64,000 bases of DNA from an uncultured Bacillota bacterium. GTDB lineage: Bacteria > Bacillota_I > Bacilli_A > RFN20 > CAG-631. The stretch is from NCBI GenBank assembly GCA_902491575.1, contig CABUID010000001.1, positions 84,110-148,109 on the forward strand. The letters run 5' to 3'. The notes under the pieces are model-generated. The model was not told the DNA's origin. It was given only the letters and a program-made list of their open reading frames with translations, and did not search any database. Below, in pieces: positions 29,053-39,327 of the stretch; the stretch's first letter is position 1; each line of letters opens with the position of its first letter. Made by a program: the position numbers and the translations under genes.

Positions 29053-30585
29053 ATGTTTAATGATTTAGATAAATTTCTAAAAAAAATGAAAAAAGAATCC
29101 ATTATTAAGTCTTTAATTTGCGGAATTTCCTCTGCCCTTTTAATGGTATCTTTATTGATAATTTTATGCAAAGTGATTCCTTTAAGAATCATCATTTGGT
29201 TAGATGTAGTTCTTTTTGTTGTTTTCTGTGGAGGATTTAGTTATTTATTTTTTAAATATGTATTTACATATGATCCTACGAAAGTCGCACAGCGATTAGA
29301 GAAAAATGCTCCTCTTCAAGAAAGAGTAAAGACGATGGTAGAATTTGATAGTCAAGATTCACCAATGATCAATTTACAAAGAAAAGATACGAATGAAAGA
29401 TTAAAAGCATTGCCGGTTTCTACATTAAAGATGAAATTTTCATTTTCAAATTTTGTAATGACTATTTTAGCGGGATTGGCATTAACGGGTGCAATTTTGA
29501 TTCCTCCTTCTGAAGTAAAATCAAATGCTGCTAACCCAAGTGATTCCATCTCTAATGAATCTTCAGAAATTAGTGAATCTTCATCTGATTTAGAAGAAAG
29601 TTCAGATAAATCAGATGGTGGAAGTGAAGAAAGTTCAGGCTCTGGTGAAGGCGAAGAAAATAATAACCAAGGTATCAATGATGCTATTGATGATATGCAA
29701 CAAGAAGTAAATGATAATACGGGTTTAGATGATAATTCTAAAGACGATATTAATCAGGATTTAGATGATTTAAGAGATAACTTAACAAATCCAGATTCAA
29801 ATGAAGATTCCGGTGATCAAATTGATCAAACAAAAGAGAATATTAATGAAAAATTAGATGATCAAATCACCAAAGATGAAATTGGCGAAGCCTTAAAAAA
29901 TCAAGATACCACGAAAGAATTAGGTGAAAACGTAAGTAATGGTGATACTGAACAAACAAATAATTCATTAGATGATTTAAGAGAATCTTTAAAAGATTTA
30001 ACGGGGGATGAACTGAAAGATGCATTAAATAAAATTGCTGAAGATATAGATAATGCACTCCAAGAATCAAATGTAGATAGTAGCGATCCTTTGTATCAAG
30101 CATTTGAAAATTTATCAAATAATTTAAAAGACAATGCTGAACATACGAATGACCAGGATATTCAAGATCAAATTGACTCATCTTTTGAACAAGCAAAAAA
30201 CGAGATTGGAGATGCTTTAGATAATCAAAATGCAATTGAGGATTTAAAAAATTCCTTAAATCAAAAACTCGATGATTTAAAAGATCAATTAGAAGATAAT
30301 AGTCAAGATGGCAACAATCCAGATGATTCTGGTGATCCAAATGAGAATCCAGGTGAAAATAATGGTCCTGGTTCTGGTGCCAGTGAAGGTACAGGAGATA
30401 TCATTTATGCTTCAGATGATTTGATTTATAATCCAGTCACTGATTCTTATGTAACTTATGGAGAAATCATTGCTTACTATTATAGTCAAGTTATTCAAGG
30501 AATGGATGAAAGTGAAATTCCTGAAAATTTAGAAAGTTTAATTTATGACTATTTTAGTTCGCTTTATTTTGATGGAAATAATTAG
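29053..30585 (+). CDS. Membrane protein with two N-terminal TM regions and a ~350-aa highly acidic (D/E/N/S/Q-rich) low-complexity domain
   Basis: Hydrophobic segments (aa ~20-65 and ~130-150), then repetitive acidic sequence (LDDLRDNL, LDDLRESLKDL, LDDLKDQLEDN). Directly precedes the moxR-like gene. Confidence 0.6.
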   Translation: MFNDLDKFLKKMKKESIIKSLICGISSALLMVSLLIILCKVIPLRIIIWLDVVLFVVFCGGFSYLFFKYVFTYDPTKVAQRLEKNAPLQERVKTMVEFDSQDSPMINLQRKDTNERLKALPVSTLKMKFSFSNFVMTILAGLALTGAILIPPSEVKSNAANPSDSISNESSEISESSSDLEESSDKSDGGSEESSGSGEGEENNNQGINDAIDDMQQEVNDNTGLDDNSKDDINQDLDDLRDNLTNPDSNEDSGDQIDQTKENINEKLDDQITKDEIGEALKNQDTTKELGENVSNGDTEQTNNSLDDLRESLKDLTGDELKDALNKIAEDIDNALQESNVDSSDPLYQAFENLSNNLKDNAEHTNDQDIQDQIDSSFEQAKNEIGDALDNQNAIEDLKNSLNQKLDDLKDQLEDNSQDGNNPDDSGDPNENPGENNGPGSGASEGTGDIIYASDDLIYNPVTDSYVTYGEIIAYYYSQVIQGMDESEIPENLESLIYDYFSSLYFDGNN

Positions 30586-30595
30586 GAGTAATATA

Positions 30596-31579
30596 ATGGA
30601 AAACGAAAAACAAATACAATTATTTAGTGAAGCTATTCAAAAAATTCATGATGAAATAAGAAAAGATGTAGTTGGTCAGGACAATGTTATTGAAGAGATT
30701 TTGATTGCAATTATCTCAGGAGGAAACGTCTTGTTAGAAGGCATTCCAGGAGTTGGAAAAACAAGACTTGTTCGATCTTTAGGAAAAGCATTAAATTTAC
30801 CTTTTTCACGTATTCAATTTACACCAGATTTAATGCCAAGTGATGTTACTGGAACGAATATTATTGAAAAAGATGAAAATGGAAAAATGAAGTATTCTTT
30901 TCAAAAAGGTCCTATTTTCTCAAATATTATTTTAGCTGATGAAATTAATAGAGCAACACCAAAAACACAATCTGCGATGTTAGAGGCAATGCAAGAGCAT
31001 AAAGTTACTGTTGCAAATACATCTCATGTAATGAGTGAACCATTTTTTGTTCTTGCTACTGAAAACCCTATTGAACAAGATGGTACTTACCCTCTTCCAG
31101 AAGCTCAAATGGACCGTTTCATGTTTAAATTGATTATGAAATTTCCATCTTTAGATGAATTAAAAAGTATCGTTAACATGACCCAAATAACCATGGATGA
31201 AACAGCAACGGCTGTCATTGATGGTGAAACTTTATTAAAGATGAGAGAAATTACAAAACAAATTCCTGTCATCGATGAAATTATGGATTATACTATGCGC
31301 TTGGTTTCTTCTACACATGCAGAAATTGAAGGAAACAATATAGCAAAAAAATATTTGCGTTTTGGAGCATCTCCACGTGCTGCACAAGCATTGATAACAG
31401 GTGCCAAAGTTCGAGCATTAATGTATGGCAAGTATAATGTTTCTTACGAAGATATTGATGCATTAGCTTACCCAACTTTAAGACATAGAATTAAAATTAA
31501 TTATGATGCAATTAGTGACCATTTAGACACTGATGGAATTATATCGCTTTTGATAAAAGAAAATAAAAAATTGAAATAA
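30596..31579 (+). CDS. MoxR-like AAA+ ATPase
   Basis: Start at MENEKQ after AGGAGT. Walker A GIPGVGKT, Walker B ILADEINRA, and the typical MoxR length. Confidence 0.85.
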   Translation: MENEKQIQLFSEAIQKIHDEIRKDVVGQDNVIEEILIAIISGGNVLLEGIPGVGKTRLVRSLGKALNLPFSRIQFTPDLMPSDVTGTNIIEKDENGKMKYSFQKGPIFSNIILADEINRATPKTQSAMLEAMQEHKVTVANTSHVMSEPFFVLATENPIEQDGTYPLPEAQMDRFMFKLIMKFPSLDELKSIVNMTQITMDETATAVIDGETLLKMREITKQIPVIDEIMDYTMRLVSSTHAEIEGNNIAKKYLRFGASPRAAQALITGAKVRALMYGKYNVSYEDIDALAYPTLRHRIKINYDAISDHLDTDGIISLLIKENKKLK

Positions 31580-31590
31580 TATTAAGAATT

Positions 31591-32463
31591 ATGAAGTTAA
31601 AAATTATTGATGAAGCTTTTTTTCAAAGTTTAGAACTTTTGGATATTTATTTAAAAGATAATGTTGCAGGTGCATTTGGTGGGAATCATCGAAGTAAAAA
31701 AATTGGTTCATCGAGTGAATTTGCAGATTATAGAGAATATATTTCAGGTGATGATATAAGAAGAATCGACTGGAATGTTTTTTCGCGCTTTGAAAAACTT
31801 TATTTAAAATTGTTTTTAGATGAAAGACAAATGCATCATCGCATTTACATTGATGGATCTTTGTCAATGAACAATAAAAAGGAACAAGCTTTAAAATTAG
31901 CTGTAGCTTTTGCTTATTTAGCCATAAAAGCAATGGATAAAGTATCCATTTATTTAATCAATGGACATAAAACAACTAAATTATTAAATCGTGTCGTTGG
32001 GAAAGAGTCTTTTTATAATGCTATTGCTGCCATTGATAATGTTGATTTTGAAGGAGAAAGTTTTATATCCGATGCTATACTTTATTCCTCAACGGGTTAT
32101 GGTAATGGAATGAGTATTATTATTTCTGATTTTTTAACTCATAATGATTATAAAAGTTCCATTAGTTATCTTCGTAGTAAACATAGAGACGTGACTTGTA
32201 TTCAACTTTTGACAGAAGAAGAGATTTATCCATCCTTTTCTGGTAAATCTATTTTATATGATTCGGAGAGCACTTCTCGATTTTATAAAAAAAATATTAA
32301 AAAAGAACATTTAAAGGCTTATGAAAAAGCTTTGGATTTTATTAAAAATGATATAGAGTATTTTTGCCGTTCTCGTGAAGCAAATTATTTATTTGTTTCA
32401 AGCAGTGAAAAAATAGATCATATTATTTTAAATGAAGCGATTAAGAAGGAGATTGTCAAATGA
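31591..32463 (+). CDS. DUF58 domain protein (MoxR partner)
   Basis: GDDIRRIDWNVFSRFEKLYLKLF motif characteristic of DUF58. Immediately follows the moxR-like gene. Confidence 0.75.
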   Translation: MKLKIIDEAFFQSLELLDIYLKDNVAGAFGGNHRSKKIGSSSEFADYREYISGDDIRRIDWNVFSRFEKLYLKLFLDERQMHHRIYIDGSLSMNNKKEQALKLAVAFAYLAIKAMDKVSIYLINGHKTTKLLNRVVGKESFYNAIAAIDNVDFEGESFISDAILYSSTGYGNGMSIIISDFLTHNDYKSSISYLRSKHRDVTCIQLLTEEEIYPSFSGKSILYDSESTSRFYKKNIKKEHLKAYEKALDFIKNDIEYFCRSREANYLFVSSSEKIDHIILNEAIKKEIVK

Positions 32464-34286
32464 GTTTTTTAAATCCGTTAGGTTTGTTAGGGTTAATTGG
32501 CATTCCTATTTTAATCCTAATATATATCATTAAATCAAAATATCAAGAATATACTATTTCTTCAACTTTTATTTGGGAGTTAAGTGAAAAGTTTGTAACC
32601 AAAAAATCACCAATTTCAAAATTAAGTGGTTTATTAAGTTTAATATTGCAACTTTTAATGATTTTAGTTCTTTCTTTTGCTTTAGCCCATCCAATAATTA
32701 CGGTTCCCAATAGTGCTAAAAATTATGTTTTTGTAGTGGATAATTCAGCAAGTATGAATATAAGTAATCGAATGACAAAAGCAAAGGAAAAAATGTTAGA
32801 AATCGTGAATGAAGCGAAGCAAAATAGTGAGTTTACAATTATTTTAGCAGGTGAAGAAGCCATAACTTTATGTTTAAAACAAACAGATAAAGAAAAAGTA
32901 AGTCAAATTATTAATCATTTAAAAGCAACAACTTTATCTACTTCTACTTCAAATGGTCTTTCTGTTGCTCAAAATTATTTTGATGAAGATTCTTCTTTAA
33001 ATGTCTATTTATTTAGTGATATTCGCTATGCCTATTCAAATAATATAGAAATAATTCATCTTGAAAATCAAGAGTATAATGCGGCCATTAACTCTCTTTA
33101 CTATACTTCTAACGATGACCTTTTACGTTTTACAGGTCAAGTTATTTCTTATAATATAGATAAAAATTTAACTTTAGATTTATATCTTGATGATGAATTA
33201 ATGAATTCGGTAGATATGGAATGTAATGCAGATGAGGAAATGATTTATACGATTGAAACGACAGCAAAAGATTTCAATGAAGCTAAAGTTATCATTCGAC
33301 AAAATGATGATTTGGCATTAGATAATGAATATATTATTTATGGTAACGAATCCGTAGATAAATATAATCTACTTCTTGTCAGTGATCAACCTTTTTACCT
33401 GAAACAAGTTTTAAATACAATGGGAAATGTTTCTTTAACTACATTATCTGAATCCAGTTATAATGGACAATCAGGATATGATTTATATATTTTTGACGGA
33501 TATGCACCAACTACATTACCAACTGATGGAGCTATTTGGTTGTTGAATATTAATCAAAATCTTTCCAATTCTGGTTTTGTTTCACAAGGGAGTATGACTG
33601 TTGAGGGAGGAGCTGAACTTTCACTCACAAAACTGAACGATGAAATCTATAGTATTTTAACTCAAAACATGATTGGCAATAAAATTCATGTATCTTCTTT
33701 TATTCGTTATAATTTAGTTTCATCGTTTACTACGATTATGACTTATGATTCATATCCTATAATTTTTGCAGGAAATAATCCAAGTGGTAATCGTGAAGTC
33801 GTTTTCGCTTTTGACCTACATCAATCCGATTTGCCTTTATTATTGGATTATGTTATTTTATTCAATAATATGATTCAATATTCAATTCCAAGCATATGTG
33901 ATCAAACTCATTTTTCATGTGGGGATGATTTAAAGATTAATGTTTTACCAAATTGTGAATATGTTCGTGTCAATGCTCCAGATGGCTATTCCACCTATTT
34001 ATCATTAGAGGAAGATATTGCTTCTTATCGGTTAGATAAATTAGGGACTTATGAAATAGAAGCAATGATTAACAATATATTGAAATCTTATAAGATTTAT
34101 GTATCTTTCCCACAAGATGAACAAAATCCAATTTTTGAAATGGAAAGTGTAGAACTATTGGGTAATAAAGATGATAAGGCATTTAATTCAACTTATGATA
34201 TTCAGTGGTATTTACTCATTGCTTTAATGATATTATGTTTATTAGAATGGGAGGTATATGTATATGAGCAACGTAAAGTTCGATAA
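32460..34286 (+). CDS. Membrane-anchored von Willebrand factor A (VWA) domain protein, BatA-like
   Basis: N-terminal TM segments. VWA MIDAS-like start YVFVVDNSASM. 4-nt overlap with the upstream gene. Confidence 0.7.
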   Translation: MSFLNPLGLLGLIGIPILILIYIIKSKYQEYTISSTFIWELSEKFVTKKSPISKLSGLLSLILQLLMILVLSFALAHPIITVPNSAKNYVFVVDNSASMNISNRMTKAKEKMLEIVNEAKQNSEFTIILAGEEAITLCLKQTDKEKVSQIINHLKATTLSTSTSNGLSVAQNYFDEDSSLNVYLFSDIRYAYSNNIEIIHLENQEYNAAINSLYYTSNDDLLRFTGQVISYNIDKNLTLDLYLDDELMNSVDMECNADEEMIYTIETTAKDFNEAKVIIRQNDDLALDNEYIIYGNESVDKYNLLLVSDQPFYLKQVLNTMGNVSLTTLSESSYNGQSGYDLYIFDGYAPTTLPTDGAIWLLNINQNLSNSGFVSQGSMTVEGGAELSLTKLNDEIYSILTQNMIGNKIHVSSFIRYNLVSSFTTIMTYDSYPIIFAGNNPSGNREVVFAFDLHQSDLPLLLDYVILFNNMIQYSIPSICDQTHFSCGDDLKINVLPNCEYVRVNAPDGYSTYLSLEEDIASYRLDKLGTYEIEAMINNILKSYKIYVSFPQDEQNPIFEMESVELLGNKDDKAFNSTYDIQWYLLIALMILCLLEWEVYVYEQRKVR

Positions 34287-36861
34287 TATTCAACTACTTT
34301 ACCTATTTATTCCTTTATTTTTACTTGTAGTCGTTCCATTCTTTTTCATTATTAAAAAAAATAAATTTAAATTCCGTAATATATTATCTTTATTTTTACA
34401 TATTTTGATTTGTGCTTTACTTTCTTTGTCGGTTGCAGGCATTAAGACTGAAGAAGTGAAACATGAAACAATGATTTATTTTTTAGTGGATGTTTCTAAC
34501 TCATCTAACCGAACAATTCAAGATATGGATCAATATATTCATGATTTTAACGAGAAAATATCTGCAAGTAGTGAAGTTGGAATTGTCGTTTTTGGAAAAA
34601 ATAGTGAGGAACTTGTTAAGCCTGGTCAATCTATCAAAAGCATAGCTACAACAGAAATCGATAAGAGTGCTACTAATATACAAGAGGCTTTATTATACAC
34701 TTCTTCTTTATTTGATGAAAGTTATAAGAAAAGAATCATTGTATTGTCAGATGGTAAAGAAACGGATGGTGATGTTTTATCCATTGCCGATCAAGTAATT
34801 GATAAAAACATACGTATTGATGCAGTTTTCTTTAATAGTGATTTAACAGATCAAGATAAAGAAATTCAGATTGATTCTGTTAGTGGTAAAAACTCTACTT
34901 TTTTAAATGTTTCTGAAAAAATGACGATTCAAATTAAAAGTAGTTATAATGCCATTGCACATCTTACGATTAAAGACAATGATGAAATCATGTATGATCA
35001 AGATATAGAAATTTTTTCGGGTGATAATGAATTGAATATTGACTGTAATACACAAATTCCAGGAATGCATCAATACATCATTAGTATAGATAGTGATGAA
35101 GATACAACTAAGGAAAATAATCTTTATTATTTTAATCAAGAAATCCATGAAAAATGTGAAATAGCAGTGATATCGAGTTCCTATAGCGATTCACAATTCA
35201 TCGAAAACTTAATTCAAGAAAATGCAAATGTTACATCCTATATTACCTATAATAGAATACCTGTCAATATTGAATCTTATATGAAATATGATGAGATTAT
35301 ATTATCTAATGTTAATTTGCAAGAAATTAATAATTATGAATCTTTAGTGACAACATTCGAAAATTTAGTGGCCGTTTATGGTAAAAGTTTATTGACGCTT
35401 GGTGGATCAAATACTTATTTTAATGGAAGTTTTTATTCAACAAAACTTAAAGATATGATTCCTGTGGATATTAATCCTGAAGATACTCGACAAAAGACCG
35501 CCTTGATTTTGTTAATTGACAATTCTGGTAGTATGTCTGGAGAACGTTTAAATATGGCTAAAAAAGGTGCTATCAGTTGTCTGGATGTTTTGACTGAACA
35601 AGATTATGCGGGAATTATAACTTTTGAAGATTCAACGCAAGTCATACAGCCTTTAATGCCCATCACAAATAAAGATTTAATTACTCGAAAAATTAATATG
35701 ATTCCAGATGGTAACGGAACGATGATGACAGCAGGTTTAAAATTAGCTTATGAACAAATGAAGAATTTAAAGGATACAGTCAGTAATCGAGAAGTAATTT
35801 TGATTTCAGACGGTGTACCAGGAGATAGTGGACAAGATGTTATTGCAAAGCAAATGGCAGAAGAAGGAATTGTATTATCAACAATTAATATCGGTCTTTA
35901 TAATGATTCTTTGCTTGCATCACTTGCACAATTAGGAAATGGTAGAAGTTACACCATTAATTCTGCCGATAAATTGCCTTCCATTATGTTGAATGAAGTT
36001 GGACAAGTGGTGATGCAAAGTATTATTGAGGAAGATGTAAAGATTACTATTTCAGCACCTAAAGATCCTATCGTGAAAGATATTACGTCTCTTCCAAATA
36101 TTAATGGATACAATTTTTCGAAAGCAAAATATAATACAACGACTGTATTGAATACAAAATTATCGTTAGATACAGGAACAACTATTGAAAATGTTCCTTT
36201 GTATGTATATTGGAACTATGGAGAAGGCCTTGTTTCCTCTTTTATGAGTGATATTTCAACGAATTGGTCTAAAAGTCTTTTTGACAGTGAAACGGGTAAA
36301 AAATTATTCTTATCGATGGTAACAAATAATTTTCCAAAAGAGCATGTAGATAGTTATTTAAAAGTAGAAGTGAATTCAAAAGGAGCAACTTCACGTATAG
36401 ATGTAAGTGTTCCTAAAATTATAGCTAATACGGAATTAGATGTAAAAGTAGTGTCTCCATCAGGGAAAGAAGAAAAATTAACAATGGCTGTCAGCAATGG
36501 AAAATATACAAATTTATTTTCAACAGATGAACAAGGTACTTATACTGTTTATATGGATTATAAAAATAAGAAAACAGGAGACGTTTATCAAACAAACACG
36601 ACTTTCACTTATTCTTATTCAACTGAATATAATGAATTTGCCAAATCCGATAATATTTTATTATGGCAATTAACAAATAATAGTGGAACAGTATCCAATG
36701 ATATCGATGAAATCGTCAATATCGAGCAAGAAGATGTTATTTATAGTCAATACTATTATCCATATTTATTAATATTGTCATTGATATTATTTGTACTGGA
36801 TGTCATTATACGTAAATTACGTTGGAAAGATATCACCAACTTATTTCATAAAAGTTTTTAA
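34258..36861 (+). CDS. Large membrane protein with two VWA domains (BatB-like) and a C-terminal TM anchor
   Basis: VWA starts IYFLVDVSNSSN and LILLIDNSGSMSGERL. N-terminal TM segments and C-terminal LLILSLILFVLDVII. Confidence 0.7.
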   Translation: MYMSNVKFDNIQLLYLFIPLFLLVVVPFFFIIKKNKFKFRNILSLFLHILICALLSLSVAGIKTEEVKHETMIYFLVDVSNSSNRTIQDMDQYIHDFNEKISASSEVGIVVFGKNSEELVKPGQSIKSIATTEIDKSATNIQEALLYTSSLFDESYKKRIIVLSDGKETDGDVLSIADQVIDKNIRIDAVFFNSDLTDQDKEIQIDSVSGKNSTFLNVSEKMTIQIKSSYNAIAHLTIKDNDEIMYDQDIEIFSGDNELNIDCNTQIPGMHQYIISIDSDEDTTKENNLYYFNQEIHEKCEIAVISSSYSDSQFIENLIQENANVTSYITYNRIPVNIESYMKYDEIILSNVNLQEINNYESLVTTFENLVAVYGKSLLTLGGSNTYFNGSFYSTKLKDMIPVDINPEDTRQKTALILLIDNSGSMSGERLNMAKKGAISCLDVLTEQDYAGIITFEDSTQVIQPLMPITNKDLITRKINMIPDGNGTMMTAGLKLAYEQMKNLKDTVSNREVILISDGVPGDSGQDVIAKQMAEEGIVLSTINIGLYNDSLLASLAQLGNGRSYTINSADKLPSIMLNEVGQVVMQSIIEEDVKITISAPKDPIVKDITSLPNINGYNFSKAKYNTTTVLNTKLSLDTGTTIENVPLYVYWNYGEGLVSSFMSDISTNWSKSLFDSETGKKLFLSMVTNNFPKEHVDSYLKVEVNSKGATSRIDVSVPKIIANTELDVKVVSPSGKEEKLTMAVSNGKYTNLFSTDEQGTYTVYMDYKNKKTGDVYQTNTTFTYSYSTEYNEFAKSDNILLWQLTNNSGTVSNDIDEIVNIEQEDVIYSQYYYPYLLILSLILFVLDVIIRKLRWKDITNLFHKSF

Positions 36862-36868
36862 AAAATTT

Positions 36869-36900
36869 GGTCTAACTTATTCAAGTTAGGCCTTTATTTT
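36869..36900 (+). terminator. Rho-independent terminator (GGTCTAACTT-attc-AAGTTAGGCC plus TTTATTTT)
   Basis: 10-bp stem with one G-T pair, followed by a T-run. Confidence 0.7.
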
Positions 36901-36969
36901 AAATTATAAAATTACATTTTATTCCTTTATGCGTTATAGAAAATAAATATTGCTTAATAATTATAATTT

Positions 36970-36978
36970 TGCTATAAT
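36970..36978 (+). promoter_or_regulatory. TG-extended -10 element TGCTATAAT for the 37010 gene
   Basis: Consensus -10 located 32 bp upstream of the ATG. No clear -35. Confidence 0.4.
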
Positions 36979-37009
36979 GAATTGAACTATTTTTAAAGGA
37001 GGCAGACGA

Positions 37010-38437
37010 ATGAAACGGTCAAATAAGTTATTATTATTACTCGTATCCGTAAGTTCAGTTCTTTTTGTTTCAAATGAAACGTTTCAAGTGAAAGCTGACG
37101 ATTCTTCTAGTTTAAATGTTACTTCTGTGAAAGAAGCTGTCAATAAATTGATTGAAAGCAAGAATTATACGATTGAAGTATCTACGAATATTGGACCAAT
37201 AGCCATGACGTACAATATGTATTATACTGAAAACGGCTTTTATGATGATTTTTTAGGGGACGAGTATGGCTATGTAGCAGTGAATGAAGGTGTTTTTTAT
37301 TTTGATTTATATAATCGTGATTTTACAGCTTCATCTTTGTTAAAAAATGATAATGATGAATTCTTAACATCTATATGGGGAAACAATTTATTTTATAGTT
37401 TTAATAAATTACGTCCTGATGAATTTGTAAATGCAACTTCTACGGAATATGTTGCATCTGAAAAAAGGGTAAAAAATGTTTTCCTTAATATGTTTCATAT
37501 TGATTTTGGAAAATATCAATATGTTAATCCTGTAAAGTTTAAAGTTGGAAAAGATATGAATTCTTTTGAATTTACATTTGATTTATCGACAGGTGAAAGT
37601 TATACAGGTAAAATTAAAAATTTCGGAACAACAAAAATCGATATTATTGATGACTATTTAGAAAATGGATTTTCTTATCATCAAAATAGTGAAACTTTAA
37701 ATAAAATTTTACAATTATTTTCAAACTATAATTATACTCGAATTATATATGATGACAAAGTAAATGATTATAGTGTAATCGCTGGATATGAAATGTATGA
37801 TTCAAAATATTTTTATACATTTTTTGAAGATGAATATTTAACTGGTGGTTATGGATTTGAAATTGGAATGGTAAGCATTGACAAGACTTATGGTCCAATA
37901 GAAGCAAATGGAAAAACATATGGGCCATATACTTTTAAAGGCAGTTATTATTGTTTTGTGAATGAAAATGAAGATGGTGAACAAACATTAAGTGTTATGA
38001 CATCCATGCCTATAAATACGGATCCTTTTGTTCCAAATGTTTATAATTATCCTACATTTTTGAAAATGTTCAATGATACACAATATTTTGATGAATCTGG
38101 TGGAAGTTCTACACAATTTTATACTTCTAAATTATCTTGTGTAACAGATTTTGTAAATAATTTTCAATTGACAGATAGTTTATCTTCTATTGGAGCAGTA
38201 CCAACGGGTGTATATGTTCAATATTTAGAAAATGGCTCTGAAGATTATGCAAATACACTGGGAAAAGAAACAGTTGTATTTAGTTTGGAACTATCTTATT
38301 ATGGTGCTTTAACAACTTTAGATTTTGTATACACTGATTTTAATTCGACGAACATTTCTTGTATAACTCAAGAAAATATCGACAAGATTATTAATGATGC
38401 TATCCAGTCAGTTATTGACAAAGATGCAGAAAATTGA
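37010..38437 (+). CDS. Secreted hypothetical protein with signal peptide (475 aa)
   Basis: N-terminal MKRSNKLLLLLVSVSSVLFVSNETFQVKADD. RBS AAGGAGG. No recognised catalytic motifs. Confidence 0.55.
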   Translation: MKRSNKLLLLLVSVSSVLFVSNETFQVKADDSSSLNVTSVKEAVNKLIESKNYTIEVSTNIGPIAMTYNMYYTENGFYDDFLGDEYGYVAVNEGVFYFDLYNRDFTASSLLKNDNDEFLTSIWGNNLFYSFNKLRPDEFVNATSTEYVASEKRVKNVFLNMFHIDFGKYQYVNPVKFKVGKDMNSFEFTFDLSTGESYTGKIKNFGTTKIDIIDDYLENGFSYHQNSETLNKILQLFSNYNYTRIIYDDKVNDYSVIAGYEMYDSKYFYTFFEDEYLTGGYGFEIGMVSIDKTYGPIEANGKTYGPYTFKGSYYCFVNENEDGEQTLSVMTSMPINTDPFVPNVYNYPTFLKMFNDTQYFDESGGSSTQFYTSKLSCVTDFVNNFQLTDSLSSIGAVPTGVYVQYLENGSEDYANTLGKETVVFSLELSYYGALTTLDFVYTDFNSTNISCITQENIDKIINDAIQSVIDKDAEN

Positions 38438-38446
38438 GGTGAATAA

Positions 38447-39299
38447 AATGAAAAAAATAAATTTATTAGTAATATTAAGTTCAGTAATGTTGCTTTCTTC
38501 TTGTAAGAATACGCCGCCAAGTGATTCAGTAACAGACTCCTTGAGTTCAAGTGATTCAGCTTTGTCAGAAAGTAATGATTCAACATCTTCTACTGAAAAT
38601 TCTTCTAACGCTGGAAGTGATAGTTCTAGTGAAATAATTGAAGATGAGTATAATGTTTTACCAGATTGGGACATCATTTCATTAGGTTTTTCTGCAGGAA
38701 GTGATTTATTAGATATTGCGGTAGATCGTGCTTTTATGACAGGAGCTGATTATTCATTGACTTATAGTATGGATTCATCCATTCCTAGTGATCCAAAAAA
38801 TGAAACGGCTATCTCAAGTAATGAAAAAGTATTTACATTAGAAAGAAATGGAACAGGATTCCTATTACATGCACATCATGCTGGCCAAGCTTTACTTAGA
38901 ATTATCGATTCAAATGATATTATACGTTATTGTGCCAAAGTGGTTGTTAAAGATCCAATACCACTTGATTATATGGAAGAATATTTAGTTTATGATTGCG
39001 AATATTGGAAAAGTGTGATGAGTTGGACAGACGATTACGTTATTACTTTTAATGAAGGCAATCAATATACTATCTCTGGCAAACTGGAAAATGTTACTTT
39101 TGAACCAGTAACAGGGACTTATGAATATGTAGGTCTTTTAAATAATGGAAAAGAATACGAGTACAAGTTTACAGATACAGATATTGCAAGTTTGGGTTTG
39201 ACAGGCTTTCATGTAGCTACAGTAGGCTCATTTATGTATTTACAAGGAAATTGGGGTACTGAAGCTATTTTAAAACCAATGAATGAAATGCCTGAATAA
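38447..39299 (+). CDS. Lipoprotein with Ser/Asp-rich linker (284 aa from MKKINLL)
   Basis: Lipobox LLSSCKN after RBS GAGGTG. The ORF-track start at 38394 overlaps the upstream gene and lacks an RBS. Confidence 0.55.
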
Positions 39300-39327
39300 A
39301 AATAAAATAAAAGAAAGGAAAAAATTT

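Noticed and set aside
29352-30340. 108-aa and 157-aa ORFs antisense to the acidic membrane protein gene
   Set aside because: Products are the complement of a repetitive GA/GAT-rich coding sequence (L/S/H/Y-rich, low complexity). This is a typical shadow-ORF artefact.
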